Source: Macrostomum lignano
Lineage: Eukaryota
Length of the DNA stretch: 64,000 nt
Direction of reading: 5' to 3'
NCBI GenBank assembly: GCA_002269645.1
Contig: NIVC01001586.1
Coordinates: 18,076 to 82,075, forward strand
The number at the start of each line of letters is the position of its first letter. Position 1 is the first letter of the stretch. A model generated the notes under the pieces. It ran no database searches and was not told where the DNA came from. It saw only the letters and a program-made list of their open reading frames with translations. Position numbers and translations under genes: made by a program. This document shows positions 60,992 through 64,000 of the stretch, piece by piece.

Positions 60992-63031
60992 CTAGTTTTC
61001 GACCTCGCTCAGCAGGCTGTGATAGGCCACTGTCGGTGACTCATCGCGCCGTCTGCCAAGCCAGCTGCGCAGCCAGAAAAAATGAACAGCAGCTAGCAGC
61101 AGGATGACTGATGGCAGCGCCACGGCTACGGCAATGAGAATTCTAGTAATAGTTGAGTCCAAGGACACGGCTTGGCCAGTGCCATCGTGTCCCGAGTCGC
61201 CGAGGCAGAGGCTGCGGAACTGGCCGGGGCTGAGGCGGCAGCCGGCCAGCAGCGCAGCCAGTCGGTGCAGCGGACAGGCAAGGCCGGAGCCGCAGCCGGG
61301 GACCCGGATGGGCAGCGGCTCCGCCTGGCTGTCATTCCTGTAGAAGATTTTCACCTCGGCCAGCGAGCCGTTCCCGGCTGCAGTTGCGTGCAGCTCGAAC
61401 ATCAGGCAGGCGGCGTAGTTCGGCCACACCGAGTAGTCCTTGTTGCCAAGGGCGGCTAGAAGCGGCACCAGGGTCACATCGTGGCCAGAGTAGATCATCA
61501 GGCGTCGGCCTCGGCCAGCGGCCGCGTCCTCCATGCCGGACAGGAGGTCGTCTATCAGGACGCCGCTTCGCATTTGTCGCAGCTCCGCGGTGCTGGCGAA
61601 TTCCGACCAGGAGAACCGGCCGAGCTGGCGCAGGCGAAGCTGAGTGTCCGGCACCAGGGCCCAGGCTGGCAGGCTGAGATTGGCTGTGCGAAGCACCATC
61701 AGAGTGTCAATCACCTGTCAAGGTGGGGCGGCAAGATGCTCTCAATGATTGCTGAAATGTCAAGGCTTACTGGGGAATTGCTGAGATGTCAAGGCTTATT
61801 GGGGGGATTGCTGAGATGTCAAGGCTTACTGGGACGATTGCTGAGATGTCAAGGCTTACTGGGGGAATTGCTGAGATGTCAAGGCTTACTGGGGGGGGAT
61901 TGCTGAGATGTCAAGGCTTACTGGGGAATCGTTGAGATGTCAAGGCTTACTGGGGAATTGCTGAGATGTCAAGGCTTACTGGGGAATTGCTAAGAAGTCA
62001 AGGCAAATAGGATTCACGTAAATAATTTCCGTCCCTTGCTAACGGGGCGCCCGAAGGGGGGACAAGATTGCAAGTTACTCTCTAAAATTAATTAATAATT
62101 ATGATAAATGCTTATGTAAGGCCCTTTTATTGGAGATGAACAAATCCGTATAGTTTTTATTGAGCGATTAATAAAGTCTATCAATCCTATCCATCATCCC
62201 ATCTTATCCAGAGTTCACCTCTCGAAGTAAAAAATCTTGGCCTGGAACCCCCCCCCCCCAAAGTTTCTCGTGTCTTTCGACTTCTGGACTCGGTGCCTGT
62301 AACAGCTGCACTGTGCCATAAAAACCAATGACAGAAGTTCATGAAGAACGTTAATGTCTAGTCGTATAAAAATTACGACAGTAAGTGCATGTGACAATGC
62401 CATGCATCCTTTAATTAAAGGAATCTGCCTCCCTAAGTCTGCTGATCCAATCGAAGGTCCCTAACAGGAACTGGGACGATGCAGACGACGCGTGATGCAA
62501 ATTCATTAGATTTCCGACTCAAAAATGAGTTGGAGCCAATACAATTAGCGCTGCTGGGGCGAAACTGGCTCAGCTCCTGACGGGCAGCGCCTCCATGTGG
62601 CAACGGTGGTGTACAATTAGCTACCGTATGTCGGGGCACAACGGAAAGCAAGGCTACAACAATGGCAACATCCGCGGCTTACCTTGTAGACATTGTTGAG
62701 CGTAATTGACCCGCGTCCCGAGCCGGCCTCGGCCGACAGGCGGCGCAGAAAGCCGGCCATCTCAACTTCTAAGCGTCGCCGCTCCGACGAGTTGCGACGA
62801 GCCTCCGTCGTTAGTTGGACAAATCGCTGTCTGCAGCCTTCGAAATCGCTGGGCAGCAGCATCGGGTCCGCGCTGCTAGCCACCGTGTGTACCGGAATCG
62901 GCTGCCAGCTGAGGCCCGCCTGCCACACCTGGTCGCCAGTTGGCGGGAACAGGCCCGCCAGGCAGGCCTGCGCGCTCATCAGCGTGCGGTCGATGTCGCT
63001 GGATCGGACGCGGTGCTCGCTGCTGTTGTAC
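60992..63031 (-). CDS. Histidine acid phosphatase, lysosomal ACP2/prostatic ACPP-like (3'-partial gene model; RHG exon outside the window)
   Basis: Exons 63031-62683 and 61714-60992. [36 protein letters not shown] (catalytic HD), WPNYAAC..FEL, C-terminal TM helix and YHSL sorting-type motif. Confidence 0.92.
61745..62003. repeat. 29-30-bp minisatellite (GGGGAATTGCTGAGATGTCAAGGCTTACT), ~9 copies
   Basis: Reverse complement of the family at 1-305; lies next to the acceptor at 61715. Confidence 0.93.
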
Positions 63032-63577
63032 CTGGCAAGTCAGTGCAGTAGACTGGGGCTGTTAAGCAGAATGCCGCACAAGTAAATCATGCAAATGGGG
63101 ATGTCAAGTTAAGCAACGGGATGGATCCCGAAGTAAAGCTCCAAACCAAATCGGTAGCAAAAAGCTCTACATCTAGACAATGCATTACGAAAGCCTGTTA
63201 CGAAATTACCTTATTTTTTCAGAGTTAAATTGGTTTGCAGGGAAGAAAATAGGCAATAGCGCTTATTCATGCTCGCTAGGATCCCTACTCTACTCAGAAT
63301 AGGTAATCCTAGGTAAACGAGACTTCCCGCTCTTTAATTAGCGCTGCATAGAGATAGACTGAGCAATTAATTTTCTAAAAAGAAAATATAATTAAATTAT
63401 TGGGTTTGGATAATTGGGTTAAAGCAAAAAATAAGAAATCACTCTCTCTATTCAGTGACCAATAAAACTGAAAGGCTTAATGAATGCAAAATCGGAAGCA
63501 GATTTTTCGATGCATTTCCTTATTGATTTTGATTCTAAAAACTGAGTGCAGTTGATAAAGGGCCAGACGAGTAGTTT

Positions 63578-63700
63578 GGGGCAGATCGGCTCAGCGGTAA
63601 ACGCGCCTGACTCTCACGCTACGGCTGTTGGTTCGATTCCTCGATTCCCTGTGCAGTCTCATTAATTGAAAGCTTGCACTTGTAAGCTTTACACCCTGTG
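63578..63700 (+). mobile_element. tRNA-like SINE head
   Basis: GGCTCAGCGG (A-box-like, 63588-63597), GGTTCGATTCC (B box, 63630-63640), followed by GTGCAGTCTCATTAATT as in the 12406 SINE. Confidence 0.55.
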
Positions 63701-63715
63701 TGAACACCGGCGCCC

Positions 63716-63853
63716 GGCGCTCCCACCGGCGCTCCCACCGGCGCTCCCACCGGCGCTCCCACCGGCGCTCCCACCGGCGCTCCCACCGGCGCTCCCACCG
63801 GCGCTCCCACCGGCGCTCCCACCGGCGCTCCCACCGGCGCTCCCACCGGCGCC
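63716..63853. repeat. 12-bp GC-rich tandem repeat (ACCGGCGCTCCC)n, ~11 copies
   Basis: Direct periodicity. Confidence 0.95.
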
Positions 63854-64000
63854 CCGGATGTCAGCCTCAAGCCATGAGGCGCACCATGCCACGCTGCTCT
63901 CACTTCAAGACAAACTGAATTTTAATTGTTCCTTTCGCTGTTGTTTCAACCCTATAGCTATACTACTACACTTTCATCTTGCTTGAGTGCTTGAACATTG

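Noticed and set aside
63578-63670. Functional tRNA-Glu(CTC) gene
   Set aside because: The acceptor stem does not pair, the T-arm region is duplicated (TCGATTCC twice), and the 3' flank matches the SINE at 12406.

Overview
Eukaryotic (animal) genomic DNA with GC-rich exons and introns packed with mini- and microsatellites. The style resembles a free-living flatworm such as Macrostomum, but that is inference and was not verified. Most long ORFs in the supplied track are repeat artefacts. Spliced genes rebuilt by hand from GT-AG sites and codon phase: (1) Dishevelled on +, 489-6851, with PDZ and DEP domains and the DIX domain outside the window; (2) a probable unidentified small-exon gene on -, about 11.7-15.3 kb and possibly longer; (3) a two-exon NPY/NPF-receptor-like class A GPCR on +, 15501-17470, with degenerate DRY and NPxxY motifs; (4) a 10-exon type I membrane receptor on -, about 42.8 kb to 31344; (5) MGAT1/GnT-I on -, 50181-46147; (6) the 3' part of a lysosomal/prostatic-type histidine acid phosphatase on -, 63031-60992. 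Mobile DNA: a full-length but disabled Ty3/Gypsy element (158-bp LTRs, GTAGT target duplication), a tRNA-derived SINE with a 15-bp target duplication plus relatives, a TTAA-flanked piggyBac derivative inside a probable DIRS remnant, several MITE-like inverted repeats and a Merlin transposase fragment. The most striking item is gene 4: signal peptide, F-type-lectin-like domain, two Ig-like domains, one TM helix, and a tail of nine tandem acidic YDxL motifs encoded by a 60-bp coding minisatellite. One of its exons is bracketed by inverted copies of a 33-bp intronic minisatellite.
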